The notes beneath the pieces were generated by a model. That model was not told the origin of the DNA, ran no database searches, and was given only the letters and a program-made list of their open reading frames with translations. The translations under genes and the position numbers were made by a program. Of a stretch of DNA of 64,000 bases, positions 40,510 through 50,058 are shown piece after piece (the first letter of the stretch is position 1; each line of letters opens with the position of its first letter). Source of the DNA: an uncultured delta proteobacterium (GTDB taxonomy: Bacteria; Desulfobacterota; Binatia; UBA9968). The DNA is taken from contig CAWFJP010000029.1 in NCBI GenBank assembly GCA_963816145.1, positions 128,001 to 192,000 on the forward strand, in the 5' to 3' direction.

Positions 40510-41382
40510 CTACTTCCCAACCGGGAAATATTTGTCCAGCCATTCTTTCACGATGTTGGTTAGGCGCGGGTTTTCTTCGTTGAAGGTGAAGTGATCGACA
40601 TCGGACAACAGGTGCAGTTCCGCCGGTTGCCGGGCTTTCTTGAACATTTCAATCGATTCGTAGGTCGGCGTCACCGAGTCGTTGGCGCTGTGCAGGAGCA
40701 GCAGCGGGCGCGGCGAAATGTTGCCGACTTGATCGTCGGCACGAAAGTCGTTCATGCTTTGCGCGGTTTCGGCGGGAAACTCCATGATCGAGCCATGGCT
40801 CATGCGGTTTCTTAATTTTTCCGGAATCGGCACGATATCGTAGCGCGGCACCATTAAAGATTTGCCGGTTTGCTCGCGATGGCGCTTGCCCTCTTCGAGC
40901 ATGGCGGTGAACTTCGCCCACTTTTCCAGGCCGGGGTGCTGGCCGCGGAATTTTCTTTCGCCGTCGCCCCAACCGCCGCAGGAGATTACCGCGGCGACGC
41001 GCGAGTCGGCGCCGCCGGTGAAGACCGCCACCGCGGCGCCGAAGCTGCTGCCGATGAGCGCGATGCGATTCGGATCGACCTCGGGCCTCGTGGCCAGGTA
41101 AGAGATGGCATTGCGCGTGTCGGCAACTTGATCTAGACAGATGATCCGGCCGCGCTCGCCTTCGCTGTCGCCGCAGCCGCGGAAGTCGACGCGCAGCGAA
41201 ACATAACCCCATCTGGCCATCTGCTTGCCGACCACCTTTTGGCCCTGGCCGTCTTTGTTACCGCCAAAGCCATGCAACATGATAAACGCGGGCCGGCGCT
41301 CGCCGGCTTTGTAGTCTTCGGGAATATCGACGAGGCCGGCAAGTTTAAGGCCGTCGGATTGAAAACTGATTTTCTCTTCCAT
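40510..41382 (-). CDS. alpha/beta hydrolase
   Basis: HGFG, DFRGCGDSEG, GSSFG nucleophile, D and H of the catalytic triad. Confidence 0.92.
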   Translation of the reverse strand: MEEKISFQSDGLKLAGLVDIPEDYKAGERRPAFIMLHGFGGNKDGQGQKVVGKQMARWGYVSLRVDFRGCGDSEGERGRIICLDQVADTRNAISYLATRPEVDPNRIALIGSSFGAAVAVFTGGADSRVAAVISCGGWGDGERKFRGQHPGLEKWAKFTAMLEEGKRHREQTGKSLMVPRYDIVPIPEKLRNRMSHGSIMEFPAETAQSMNDFRADDQVGNISPRPLLLLHSANDSVTPTYESIEMFKKARQPAELHLLSDVDHFTFNEENPRLTNIVKEWLDKYFPVGK

Positions 41383-41438
41383 CTTGGTTGCCTCCTAAAT
41401 TGTCTGACCAAAATTCTTTTTATCACGAAAACACTAAG

Positions 41439-41638
41439 TGCCCATGAGCTTACGCTCGTCTACAGGATATGAAATTGCATGGAACCCCCTGCACATGGTT
41501 CTTGCCTTGTCTCGTCATGCCGGCGAAGGTCGGGATCCAAGGGAGGAAGGGGGATGGATACCGGCTTTCGCCGGTATGACGGAAGCCTTGTGCCGATTCG
41601 TGGTTCAGCGCGTAGCTGCATACGTAATTTCAAATGAG
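41439..41638 (+). mobile_element. ~200-bp element inserted in a triad-repeat arm (copy 1)
   Basis: Homologous to 54441-54641: begins TG..CATGAGCTTACGCTCGTCTACAG, ends AATGAG, and holds an internal GTCAT REP pair. Confidence 0.8.
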
Positions 41639-41730
41639 CGCACACGAAAAATTATCTCCACGTTTCGTGTCTTTCGTGGTTGCATCTTTCCTCTCGTGGC
41701 GTGGCTGACACGGGTGCAGCATGCTGTTCC

Positions 41731-43080
41731 CTAGGGAACGGTGCCCCATAGATCCTTTAGGAATCCGCTTTTGATAAGGTTGTCGGTGAAGCTGTTGTCA
41801 TAAAGCTCTTCCGGTTTGCGCCGCAGCTGCGGCACTTCTTCGCGCGCCATCTCGACGGCGTCGGCTACGGTTTTACCGGGCACCGTCATGCGCCGATTGA
41901 CCAACCTGCGGGCGTAGGCTTGATAGGCGGATTGGAGCACTTCCGGGTCGTTGATGGCGAGCGCTTTGCCGAGGCTTTGGCTCGCTTTCTCGGGATTTTT
42001 TTCGACGAAATAAATCGTTTCGCTCATCGCCGCGACAAAACGTTGAACCAACTGCGGGCGCTCTTTGATGGTTTTCAAATTGGTCAGGATCGAGCTGTAG
42101 ATCGACGGCACATCGAGCTCTTGGAGATTGAAAATCAACTGAAAGCCGTCACGCTTGGCGCGCACGTCCAGGGGTGGTGTTACCAGCACCGCGTCCGCCA
42201 GCCCTTGGAGGAGCGCGTTGTACGGTTCCAACTGTCCGGTGCCGCCGATGTGCAGAAGTTTTACGTCCTGGGTTGTCAGGTTATGTTTTTTCAGTACGGC
42301 CTTGGCGAGATGATCGGTTAAGCCCCCGGGTCGGGATACAGGTATAGTTTTGCCTTTGAGATCGCTCGGCCGCTTGATTTCGCTTCGCCCCATCAAGACC
42401 CAAGGCAAGCCGACGATCAATGAACTGACGATCTTCGCCTCGGCGCCGGCAGCCATGCGCGGAATCTGCGGGTCGGCGGAGCAATACAAAAACTGAATGC
42501 CGTCTGTGACCAGTGCTGTAATCGTCACCGCACCGCCGCGCAGCGTGACATTCTCGACTTTGATGCCGTACTTCTCGAATAATCCGTTGGCGAGCGCGGC
42601 ATAGAGGTGAATGAAGCCGCCTGAAGTGCCGCAGGTGCCGACGCGGATGTTGATCGGCGCTTCGCCTGGCTTGGGCAGGTAGGGATTGGCGGAAGATGGG
42701 TGAGGAGTGAGGAGTGAGAGAGTTAGGAGTAAGAAGACAAGCGAGCAACAGATCGAGTTCCTTTGGATCCGAACGATCCTTCCCCCTCGACAGACTGTGT
42801 CGCAACTGTCATTTCGAGGTGAAGCCGAGAAATCTCTTCTTCGTATGTGGCTGAAAAGACGAGATCCCTCGCTGCGCTCGGGATGACAGATGCGGGGCAT
42901 TTGCGCATTACGACACAGCCTCCGACGGGGGAAGGTTAGGATGGGGGTGCCCGGATTTAGAAATTGCTGATCAGTCGCGAAAATACGACTATTCACCCCC
43001 ACTCTAGCTCTCCCCCGTCGAGGGGGAGAGAATCGCAAAAAGCGGGGGAGCCGCGCGCAGTTAACAGGCGATCGGGTCAT
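41731..43080 (-). CDS. ABC substrate-binding protein (NMT1/SsuA-like); start uncertain, 5' region built from repeats
   Basis: Mature domain from NPYLPKPGE; DLKGKTIPVSRPGG. The frame is open through the REP and MITE to ATG 43080. Confidence 0.8.
   Translation of the reverse strand: MTRSPVNCARLPRFLRFSPPRRGRARVGVNSRIFATDQQFLNPGTPILTFPRRRLCRNAQMPRICHPERSEGSRLFSHIRRRDFSASPRNDSCDTVCRGGRIVRIQRNSICCSLVFLLLTLSLLTPHPSSANPYLPKPGEAPINIRVGTCGTSGGFIHLYAALANGLFEKYGIKVENVTLRGGAVTITALVTDGIQFLYCSADPQIPRMAAGAEAKIVSSLIVGLPWVLMGRSEIKRPSDLKGKTIPVSRPGGLTDHLAKAVLKKHNLTTQDVKLLHIGGTGQLEPYNALLQGLADAVLVTPPLDVRAKRDGFQLIFNLQELDVPSIYSSILTNLKTIKERPQLVQRFVAAMSETIYFVEKNPEKASQSLGKALAINDPEVLQSAYQAYARRLVNRRMTVPGKTVADAVEMAREEVPQLRRKPEELYDNSFTDNLIKSGFLKDLWGTVP
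42792..42922. mobile_element. 131-bp MITE with IS1182/IS5-like TIRs inserted in a TCCCCC REP
   Basis: TIRs AGACTGTGTCGCAA / TTACGACACAGCCT (12/14); CGAC duplicated at 42788-42791 and 42923-42926. Confidence 0.8.
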
Positions 43081-43100
43081 TGGAATGTTCGTTGTGGGCC

Positions 43101-44327
43101 TCATCCCCAGGGACCCAGGAAAGGTTCGCCGGCGTAGGCGTCGGAGTTGGCGTCCAAGGTTGCCGGCCATTCGCTCATGGGCTTCGCTTGGCGCAATTCT
43201 TTGGGGCGCGGTTTGCCGTCCCAGCCGATCTGCTCCATGGCGCAGTAGAGTTGGATCAAATGGCCGTCAGGGTCGCGCAGGTAGGCGCCGTGATCGATGC
43301 CGGGATGAAGCTCTAGCGGCAGAGCGTCATTGGCTTGGTAGCCGTTGTTGGTGAAATATTGCACCGCCTCTTTGAGCTGGCGGAAGTTAGCGAGTTGCAG
43401 CCCCAACGCGGCGCATTTGCTGTGTTCACTTAGGCCGAGCGCTCGACGCGCCGCCAGGGGCAATAGCGCCAGCGAGTGGTGCTCGGTGTTGCAGCGGAAG
43501 AATAAACAGCGATGGCCCTGCCAGGTCGCTTCCTCGGTGAACGTAAAACCCATGCGCTGGCGGTAAAAAGTCTCCGCGGCGGCCATGTCCTCGGTAAACA
43601 AATAGACCGGCCCCAGGCGGACGATCTTGAACGGGCGCGGCAGGGCGATGCCGTCGACATCGTAGCCGGCCGTTAAATCGTCGACATGGCGATAGCCGCT
43701 GGTGAGATCGATGCCGGCGGCGCGGGCGCGCTCGACCTCCTCGAACTCCGATATCTGCGGCAATTGCGGGGGCCGGTCGAAGGCGCGGTCGTACATGCTG
43801 CGCGGTTTGCTGTGGCCGTTCCAGCCGATTTGCTCGATGCCGTAGTAAAGCTCGTTGCTCTGGCCGTCGGGATCGAGCAGGTAGGTATGCCAATTGGAGC
43901 CCGGCATGTCGCGGCCGGAGCGCTGCTGTTTGATGCCATTGGCGTCGAACCATTTGATGGCGTTGCTCACTTCACTCATGCTGCCGACCTGCCAGGTGAT
44001 TTGATTCACCGTCACGCCGGGCGCCTCGGCGCGTCCGAGCGCGTCGCGCACGCGCTTGGGAAACAGCACCATGGAATGATGGTCGGTGCCGTAACGGGTG
44101 AAGTAGCCGTTCGGATCGCCCAATCCGGCGACTTGTTCCGGGCTCTTGGCACGTTTGGAATAGTCCATCACGTCGGAAACCTTGAAGCCCAATAAATCGA
44201 CGTAGAAGTGCCGGCCTTCTTCCATATTCGTCATATTGAAACCGAAATGTCCGAGCCGGCGAATCCTGAATGGCCGGTCGAGCACGACGCCGCCGACATT
44301 GAATTTCTCGAATTTCTCCTCTGCCAT
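43101..44327 (-). CDS. duplicated VOC (glyoxalase/extradiol-dioxygenase fold) protein
   Basis: Two repeats of RPFxIxRLG...TxHHS...YLxDPDG..xLY..xEQIGWxG. Confidence 0.88.
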   Translation of the reverse strand: MAEEKFEKFNVGGVVLDRPFRIRRLGHFGFNMTNMEEGRHFYVDLLGFKVSDVMDYSKRAKSPEQVAGLGDPNGYFTRYGTDHHSMVLFPKRVRDALGRAEAPGVTVNQITWQVGSMSEVSNAIKWFDANGIKQQRSGRDMPGSNWHTYLLDPDGQSNELYYGIEQIGWNGHSKPRSMYDRAFDRPPQLPQISEFEEVERARAAGIDLTSGYRHVDDLTAGYDVDGIALPRPFKIVRLGPVYLFTEDMAAAETFYRQRMGFTFTEEATWQGHRCLFFRCNTEHHSLALLPLAARRALGLSEHSKCAALGLQLANFRQLKEAVQYFTNNGYQANDALPLELHPGIDHGAYLRDPDGHLIQLYCAMEQIGWDGKPRPKELRQAKPMSEWPATLDANSDAYAGEPFLGPWG

Positions 44328-44406
44328 GCGCTGCCTCCGTAAAATCTCCGGTCCTCTCTATACAATCTTTCGTTTGCGCCTACAACGTGAATCGCCGCGA
44401 AAGCCT

Positions 44407-44538
44407 GGGCTGTAGTTCAGTTCGGAAGGGTCCCTCGTGTCCTCCGTGATTTTGGCTACTTTAGATTTGTCATTTCGAGCGAAGCGAGAAATCTATTCGA
44501 CTCACTGCCTCGGGTCGAATTCAAAGCTGAACCGCCCG
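44407..44538. mobile_element. degenerate MITE of the 49859/52152 type
   Basis: GTAGTTCAGTT ... AAGCTGAACC ends; internal GTCATTTCGAGCGAAGCGAGAAATCT. Confidence 0.5.
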
Positions 44539-44637
44539 AAAAATTCAACTTGCAAGCGGCCAGGCGTTGGAATATCAATAGGCTGCACATTAAAGTTTAT
44601 CGGCCCGACAACTGATAATCATCCCAGGAGGTTCACA

Positions 44638-45495
44638 ATGGCTTTACAGGAAATGCATACTGGCGGCAAAATATCTTGGCCAGGCGATGCTCGGATCGCG
44701 GTCTTACTGAGCTTCGACTTCCAAGGCGGCGAAGATGTCCGGCCGGATAAGAACGGCAAGATGAACCATGAAGAATACACCCAGGCCGAATACGGCCCGA
44801 ACACCGGGATCTGGCGCATACTCCGTATTCTCGCCTCCCACGAGGTGAAGGCGACTTTTCTCACCTGCGGCGGTATCGCCGAACGCTATCCTGAAGCAGT
44901 GGCGGCGATTGTCGCCGCTGGTCATGAGGTGGCGGGCCACGGCTATCATCACGAAGTGGCGCGCGATCTCTCCCGCGACGAAGAGCGTGATGTCATGAAG
45001 CGAACCACGGATATGATCCTCAACCGGGCGCAGAAGCGGCCGGTGGGTTGGCGCTCCTGCACCCAGAGTCCCAATAGCATCGAACTGTTGATGGAGCAGG
45101 GCTATTTGTGGAACAGCAATTCGTTCTCCCACGATCTGCCGTTTGTTTGGCAAAACGGCAAGAAAAAACTCGTCGAGCTGCCGCGCCAGCCCTTTGGCGA
45201 CGGACGCGCTTATGGCCATCGCGATTCAGGCAATCCCAACGACACCCTGGCGATCTGGAAAGGGATGTTCGATCAGTTCTACGAAGAATCGAGCCTGGCG
45301 CCGACGTTCTGTCCGTTCCAGTTTCATCCGTATATCTCGAGCCGTCCGGGCCGCGCCAAAACTCTGTCCGATATCATCGGCCACATGAAGTCGCAGAAAG
45401 GCGTGTGGTTTGCCACCGGGAGTGAAATCGCCCACTGGTGGCTGGAGAAGGGATTCTCGGCCGAGGTCAATGCGAAAATCTCGAAGGTGGCGTGA
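44638..45495 (+). CDS. polysaccharide deacetylase family (PuuE-like) hydrolase
   Basis: SD AGGAGG; SFDF, EYGPNTG, KATF, HEVAGHGYHH, HPYIS. Confidence 0.9.
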   Translation: MALQEMHTGGKISWPGDARIAVLLSFDFQGGEDVRPDKNGKMNHEEYTQAEYGPNTGIWRILRILASHEVKATFLTCGGIAERYPEAVAAIVAAGHEVAGHGYHHEVARDLSRDEERDVMKRTTDMILNRAQKRPVGWRSCTQSPNSIELLMEQGYLWNSNSFSHDLPFVWQNGKKKLVELPRQPFGDGRAYGHRDSGNPNDTLAIWKGMFDQFYEESSLAPTFCPFQFHPYISSRPGRAKTLSDIIGHMKSQKGVWFATGSEIAHWWLEKGFSAEVNAKISKVA

Positions 45496-45505
45496 GGAAA
45501 ATGAC

Positions 45506-45535
45506 CGTAGGGGCGCAGCCTGCTGCGCCCCTACG
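45506..45535. terminator. GTAG-REP hairpin between convergent genes
   Basis: CGTAGGGGCGCAGC-CT-GCTGCGCCCCTACG perfect stem. Confidence 0.7.
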
Positions 45536-45537
45536 AC

Positions 45538-46074
45538 TTATGATTTGAACCAGTAGCGGATTTTCTTGCGCAATCCGCGGCCCATTCTTTTTTTCAACTC
45601 AAACCAGACCCGCAAAAACCAGTTGCGCGACGACCAGGCGAAGGACGTCGAGGTCGTGATCCACTGGTGGTTGAATTCAAACTCGGCTTTGAATTTTCTC
45701 AGTTGCAGGGTCTTGCCGAACTTGCGTTTGAAGATCGCTTTGACGCTGACGGCGTTGCGCGACTCGACGAACACGGTGATGGTCTCGACGGGGAGCAGGG
45801 AGCGGATGCGGCTGATCTTTTGCGCCAGGCCGACCTCGTTGTTGGCGCTGACTTCAACGATGTTGCCGATCAATTCCGGGTCGTTGAGGGCTTGGTCGAC
45901 GATTTCCCGGCGCAGTTTGATTTCCTGCCCGTGATCGGTGTCATAGCCGGCCAAGACCAAATAGGTCTTGTGCTTGGTTGTCTGCATGGACTTCTGCCAC
46001 CAGTCGAGGGATCGCTCCAAAGAGGATCGCGAAGCCTGCGATAGGCGGGTGGGGTCCAGTACGCCGTAGGGCAT
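45538..46074 (-). CDS. hypothetical protein
   Basis: Fills the gap co-directionally with the upstream operon; host-like codon usage. Confidence 0.7.
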   Translation of the reverse strand: MPYGVLDPTRLSQASRSSLERSLDWWQKSMQTTKHKTYLVLAGYDTDHGQEIKLRREIVDQALNDPELIGNIVEVSANNEVGLAQKISRIRSLLPVETITVFVESRNAVSVKAIFKRKFGKTLQLRKFKAEFEFNHQWITTSTSFAWSSRNWFLRVWFELKKRMGRGLRKKIRYWFKS

Positions 46075-46137
46075 GGCGACGATAACAATGGAAATGGTGC
46101 GGCGCTCCTTTGCTGTGAACCAAGAAGAAATCTTGCT

Positions 46138-46761
46138 CTAAGGTTGGAAAATCATGACGTCGACCGGTTTGCCGCCGACAGCGAGATCCGGACAGGCGCT
46201 CAAGGCAACCAAGAGATCCATCTCGGCACGCAGATCCATGTAGTTGCCCTCTGGCGGACGTACCTGGGTATGCTCCATCTTGCCGGTCTTGCCGTCGATG
46301 ATCATATGCTGGTTCAAGTTGAACGGGCTGGGAATATCTTCGGGAATGATGCCGTAGGATGCCACCGCCTTGGACAAATTCTCATAACAGCCGTGATCGG
46401 GGATTTCCTTGATTTCGCGCGGATAATATTCGCCCAGGCGGTTTTCCTGCTGGGCTAGCTTGAAGCGGTAGCCGCTGCACATGCCTTTTTGCAAGTCGTG
46501 GGTGCCGACTTTGTTGCCGTCGTAGACGATCGTCATCATATGCTGATTGTTGCGTCCCATGAGCTTGTCGCCGGCGCTGATGAACAGTTTCATGTTGTAG
46601 ACCTTGGTGCGAGGCTGGTCGAAGCGCTCGATCAGATTTTGCAGTTTGAAGAAAACAAAATCCACCGTGGTGGTCGCGGTGATGCGGATGATCTGGTTTT
46701 GCTTCATCTCCGCCGACCAGCCGGTGTTATAGGGCACATGGTTCTGCAGAATCGTTTTCAT
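46138..46761 (-). CDS. DUF1989 / urea-carboxylase-associated family protein
   Basis: Start MKTILQNH after GAGGAG; HDLQKGMC, GCYENL, RAEMDLLVALSACP. Confidence 0.9.
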   Translation of the reverse strand: MKTILQNHVPYNTGWSAEMKQNQIIRITATTTVDFVFFKLQNLIERFDQPRTKVYNMKLFISAGDKLMGRNNQHMMTIVYDGNKVGTHDLQKGMCSGYRFKLAQQENRLGEYYPREIKEIPDHGCYENLSKAVASYGIIPEDIPSPFNLNQHMIIDGKTGKMEHTQVRPPEGNYMDLRAEMDLLVALSACPDLAVGGKPVDVMIFQP

Positions 46762-46787
46762 TCTTGGAATTCTCCTCAATCGACGAA

Positions 46788-47831
46788 TTACCGGGATTTG
46801 TAAAGCGCGTCGACGAAGCCGCTGCTGACCAAGTCGCGGATGAAGCGTGAGTCGGCAAAGCGCTGCGGCGTGGTGCCGGGCGGAATTGCGCGCGACGCCG
46901 ACAGTTCTTCGATGATCGTTTGAATGGCCGCTGGCGTCGCCTCGGGCGCGCGCTTGAAATATTTGGACGCGTAAATCTCGTAGATTTTTTCCGTGGCGGC
47001 CGTGGTCTTTTGCTTGGTATATTTCTCCAATACCGCCAACGCCGCGGTCTTGTCGGATTTGAACCGATGAATGCCTTCGACATAAGCTTTCATGAAGCGT
47101 GTCACCAGGTCGGGCTGGCTTTTCAGAAACGTTTGGCGCGCCGCGAACGGACCGAAGGGATAGACCAAGCCGGAAGTCGACACATCGGCGAGGCGCACCA
47201 AGCCGCCGGCTTCGGCGCTGATGGTCTCCGGTCCGGTTGAAAGCACGCCGCTTTGCACCGAGCCGCCTCTGATCGCCGCGAAAATTTGCGGTCCGGAACC
47301 GGTTTGAAAAATCGCCACGTCTTTGTCCGGTTGCAAGTTCCATTTCTTCAGCAGATAGCGGGCGACGAAATCGGTGGTCGCGCCGATGCGGCTGACGCCG
47401 AGTTTTGTGCCTTTGAGCTGCTCCGGAGTCTTGATGCTCGGCGTGGACCACAGTTCGAATGGCAAGGAGTCGATGGTCGCGCCAAGCAGGACTACGTCCG
47501 AGCCTTGCAGATTGGCGGCCACCGTGGCGCCGCCGGCGGTAAACGAGATCGCCACGTCGCCGGCGATGAGCGCTTGCAGAGATGGCGGTCCGCCAGCGAT
47601 GTAAATGAACTCCGGCTCGATGTTGTATTTTTTGAAAATGCCGGCTTCCTTGGTCAGCCACAGCGGTCCGTAGACGACCGCGATCGAAGTGTAGGCGATG
47701 CGTAAGGTTTCGGCGCGAAGCGGCCCCGCGCACACGAGGCCTATCAGCACTGTCAAGCCTAATGCCCGGAGGGCGCGGCTGCTGCGGCTTTTCGTGGTTT
47801 TCGCTAGTCCGTTAGCCGCTTTCATTGACAA
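46788..47831 (-). CDS. ABC substrate-binding protein (NMT1/SsuA-like)
   Basis: Signal peptide; QLKGTKLGVSRIGATTD. Confidence 0.92.
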   Translation of the reverse strand: MSMKAANGLAKTTKSRSSRALRALGLTVLIGLVCAGPLRAETLRIAYTSIAVVYGPLWLTKEAGIFKKYNIEPEFIYIAGGPPSLQALIAGDVAISFTAGGATVAANLQGSDVVLLGATIDSLPFELWSTPSIKTPEQLKGTKLGVSRIGATTDFVARYLLKKWNLQPDKDVAIFQTGSGPQIFAAIRGGSVQSGVLSTGPETISAEAGGLVRLADVSTSGLVYPFGPFAARQTFLKSQPDLVTRFMKAYVEGIHRFKSDKTAALAVLEKYTKQKTTAATEKIYEIYASKYFKRAPEATPAAIQTIIEELSASRAIPPGTTPQRFADSRFIRDLVSSGFVDALYKSR

Positions 47832-48019
47832 ATCTGTAGGTTAGATCACCAAGCCTGTCAAGTTAGGCACATGTTAATCTTGCGGGCTCTTTTGACCGTT
47901 CAGCGACTTGAAATATTGAAGGTTTCCATGCGCGCCCTCGTCCAAGTAAACCTTTCTCGGACCTGGTCGTCCAACTCGATACGACGCCTAATAAGGAAAA
48001 ATCAAAAAGGAGACTGACA

Positions 48020-48427
48020 ATGAAAAAGGCAATCGTAATCGGCTTGAGTATTCTGGCTCTTGGCAGCGCGTTTCCAGCGATGGCGCACGAGTCCTTCGAC
48101 AGGCGGGGAGATCGCATCGATGCGCGGTTCGATGCCAGAGGCGATCGAATCAACGATCGGCTCGACGCCCGCGGTGATCGTATCAATGACCGGCTCGATG
48201 CTTTAGCGGCGAAGGCGCGAGCTGAAGGCAAGTTTGGACTGGCGAATTATTTGGACCGCAAAGGCGATTTCATTGAAGAGCGTCTCGATCGCCGTGGTGA
48301 TTGGATCGAGCAGCGTCTCGACAATCGCGGTGATCGCTTCGAAAACCGCTTTGACCGGCTTGGCGACCGAATCAATAACCGGTCCGATGATATCGGCAAC
48401 CATCGCCGCCCTTGGTATCGCAACTAA
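48020..48427 (+). CDS. secreted protein with 11-aa repeats
   Basis: SD AGGAG; signal peptide ending AMA; DxRGDRIxxRL repeats. Confidence 0.85.
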   Translation: MKKAIVIGLSILALGSAFPAMAHESFDRRGDRIDARFDARGDRINDRLDARGDRINDRLDALAAKARAEGKFGLANYLDRKGDFIEERLDRRGDWIEQRLDNRGDRFENRFDRLGDRINNRSDDIGNHRRPWYRN

Positions 48428-48513
48428 ACTTTGACGAAATCACCCGAACGAATCGAGTTCACTTCCTCTTCGAGGAAGTGAACCGGTTCTCATTCATTAT
48501 TGCGCAACGCCGT

Positions 48514-49797
48514 CTAACCGTGAAAGTACTCCTTGAATCCCGTCACCATCAGATTCGCCAATCCTTCGTTGTAGCTTTCGACATGCCCGTAGTGGGTTAA
48601 ATTCGGAACCATAATCAAGCGCAAGGAGTCGGCGTAGGGTTTGAAGCGTTTAAAGGCGTAGACCTCGCGGCGAAACTCCAATCCTTTTTCGCCGCCCTCG
48701 ATCCAATGACCCTTGTCGAACTCGCCGACGATGTGCAGTAGTTTTTTGCCGCGCAGCCGTTCAAGTTGTGACTTGTAGGTAATGAAGAGCTCATCGTCCG
48801 GCAGTCCGGAGACCTTTTTGATCTCGGGAATCAAGACATCATGGGCGCTATGCTCGATATCTTGCAGAAAGGGTTTGAACTGCGGTCGGCGGTGGTTTTC
48901 CAACTCGAACCATGTTTCGACGCTGCCCCAGGGCTGGTTTGGCCCGACGTAGCCGCTCTTGGCATAGCCTTTGGGCGAGCGCCGGCTCAGGTCGGTCAAG
49001 TTGCGAAATTGCGCGGCGCGTTCCTCGGGCGATTTTTCAGCGCAGGCGAGATCCCATTCCTTGCGCACCCAGGCCGGCATGCCGGTGCCGAAGCCGAGGC
49101 CGCCGATCAGTTTGTTCTTGAGGCCGTATTGCTCCATCAAATAAAAATACTCGCCACCGGTGGAGTGGCCCCACATGAAGATCGACTCTTTCAGACTCTT
49201 CTCGACCAGAGCTTTGATCGCTTCGGTGCACATCCTAAAAGTGTAGACCGCCAGACGGTTGCGCAGCTCGTTGTCGCCGGGGAATTGGCCGAGGATGAAC
49301 TCCGGGCGCCGTTCGGCAATCGGCGCCCAAGGCTTTGCGCTGTAGTGGCCGGGCAGCGAGATCGCCAGCACTGGAATGCCCAACGATGCGATATGCTGCG
49401 CTACGCCGACGCGCGCTTTCTTCGCGTCGGTTTTGCTCAGGTCGGGATAAGCTTCCGGGCCGTCGGGGGTAAATATAAATTCATACTCGTTGGCGGCGCC
49501 GCCGTGGATCATGACGACCGCTGTGTCCGGGATTGAAATTTTCGCTGGAGTGAACAAGCGACCATGGATATCCCATTGAAATAGTTCGCCGGGTTTTTCC
49601 GGATTCGGATAGCGGTGGATGGATTCTTGGACCTCTCGGACCGTAACGGCGGTACGCGCAAATGGATCGGGAAATGCTTTGTAGTCGTCGAACGACATAT
49701 AGAAAATGAAATCGTCCTTCAGTCCCGCGCCTGATCGTAGCGCTGCGACAACTTTGTTCATTGATTCTTGACTCATCGGTAATGCTCCCAATCGCAA
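48514..49797 (-). CDS. alpha/beta-hydrolase-fold protein
   Basis: MIHGG, SLPGH, GHSTG, late His. Confidence 0.75.
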   Translation of the reverse strand: MRLGALPMSQESMNKVVAALRSGAGLKDDFIFYMSFDDYKAFPDPFARTAVTVREVQESIHRYPNPEKPGELFQWDIHGRLFTPAKISIPDTAVVMIHGGAANEYEFIFTPDGPEAYPDLSKTDAKKARVGVAQHIASLGIPVLAISLPGHYSAKPWAPIAERRPEFILGQFPGDNELRNRLAVYTFRMCTEAIKALVEKSLKESIFMWGHSTGGEYFYLMEQYGLKNKLIGGLGFGTGMPAWVRKEWDLACAEKSPEERAAQFRNLTDLSRRSPKGYAKSGYVGPNQPWGSVETWFELENHRRPQFKPFLQDIEHSAHDVLIPEIKKVSGLPDDELFITYKSQLERLRGKKLLHIVGEFDKGHWIEGGEKGLEFRREVYAFKRFKPYADSLRLIMVPNLTHYGHVESYNEGLANLMVTGFKEYFHG

Positions 49798-49858
49798 GAT
49801 ACGTGACCTTACAACTTATGTTTGCACGGATTCGAGTTGTCAACCGATTTGCTAAGGT

Positions 49859-49993
49859 GGTCGTGGTTCAGTTTGAGTCGGGCGGACGTTTTCAGCCTGA
49901 AAAAGATTTCTCGCTTCGCTCGAAATGACAGCAGAATAGTCGCCTTGTCATCTCGAACGAAGTGAGAGATCTCTATCTAACTGAAACGCTACC
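49859..49993. mobile_element. 135-bp MITE with IS1595-like ends and 8-bp TSD
   Basis: GGTCGTGGTTCAGTT ... AACTGAAACGCTACC; flanks GCTAAGGT / GCTAGGGT. Confidence 0.8.
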
Positions 49994-50058
49994 GCTAGGG
50001 TTGATGCCGCGGGCGATTACGGTTAAAAAAGCACAGACATCCTTCAGGAGGCAGTGCA

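Noticed and set aside
46138-47733. 531-aa ORF as one protein
   Set aside because: The first ~320 aa are an alternative frame of the SBP gene; the real gene starts at 46761 after a strong SD.
48100-48390. 33-bp DNA periodicity as a non-coding array
   Set aside because: Fully explained by the 11-aa protein repeat.
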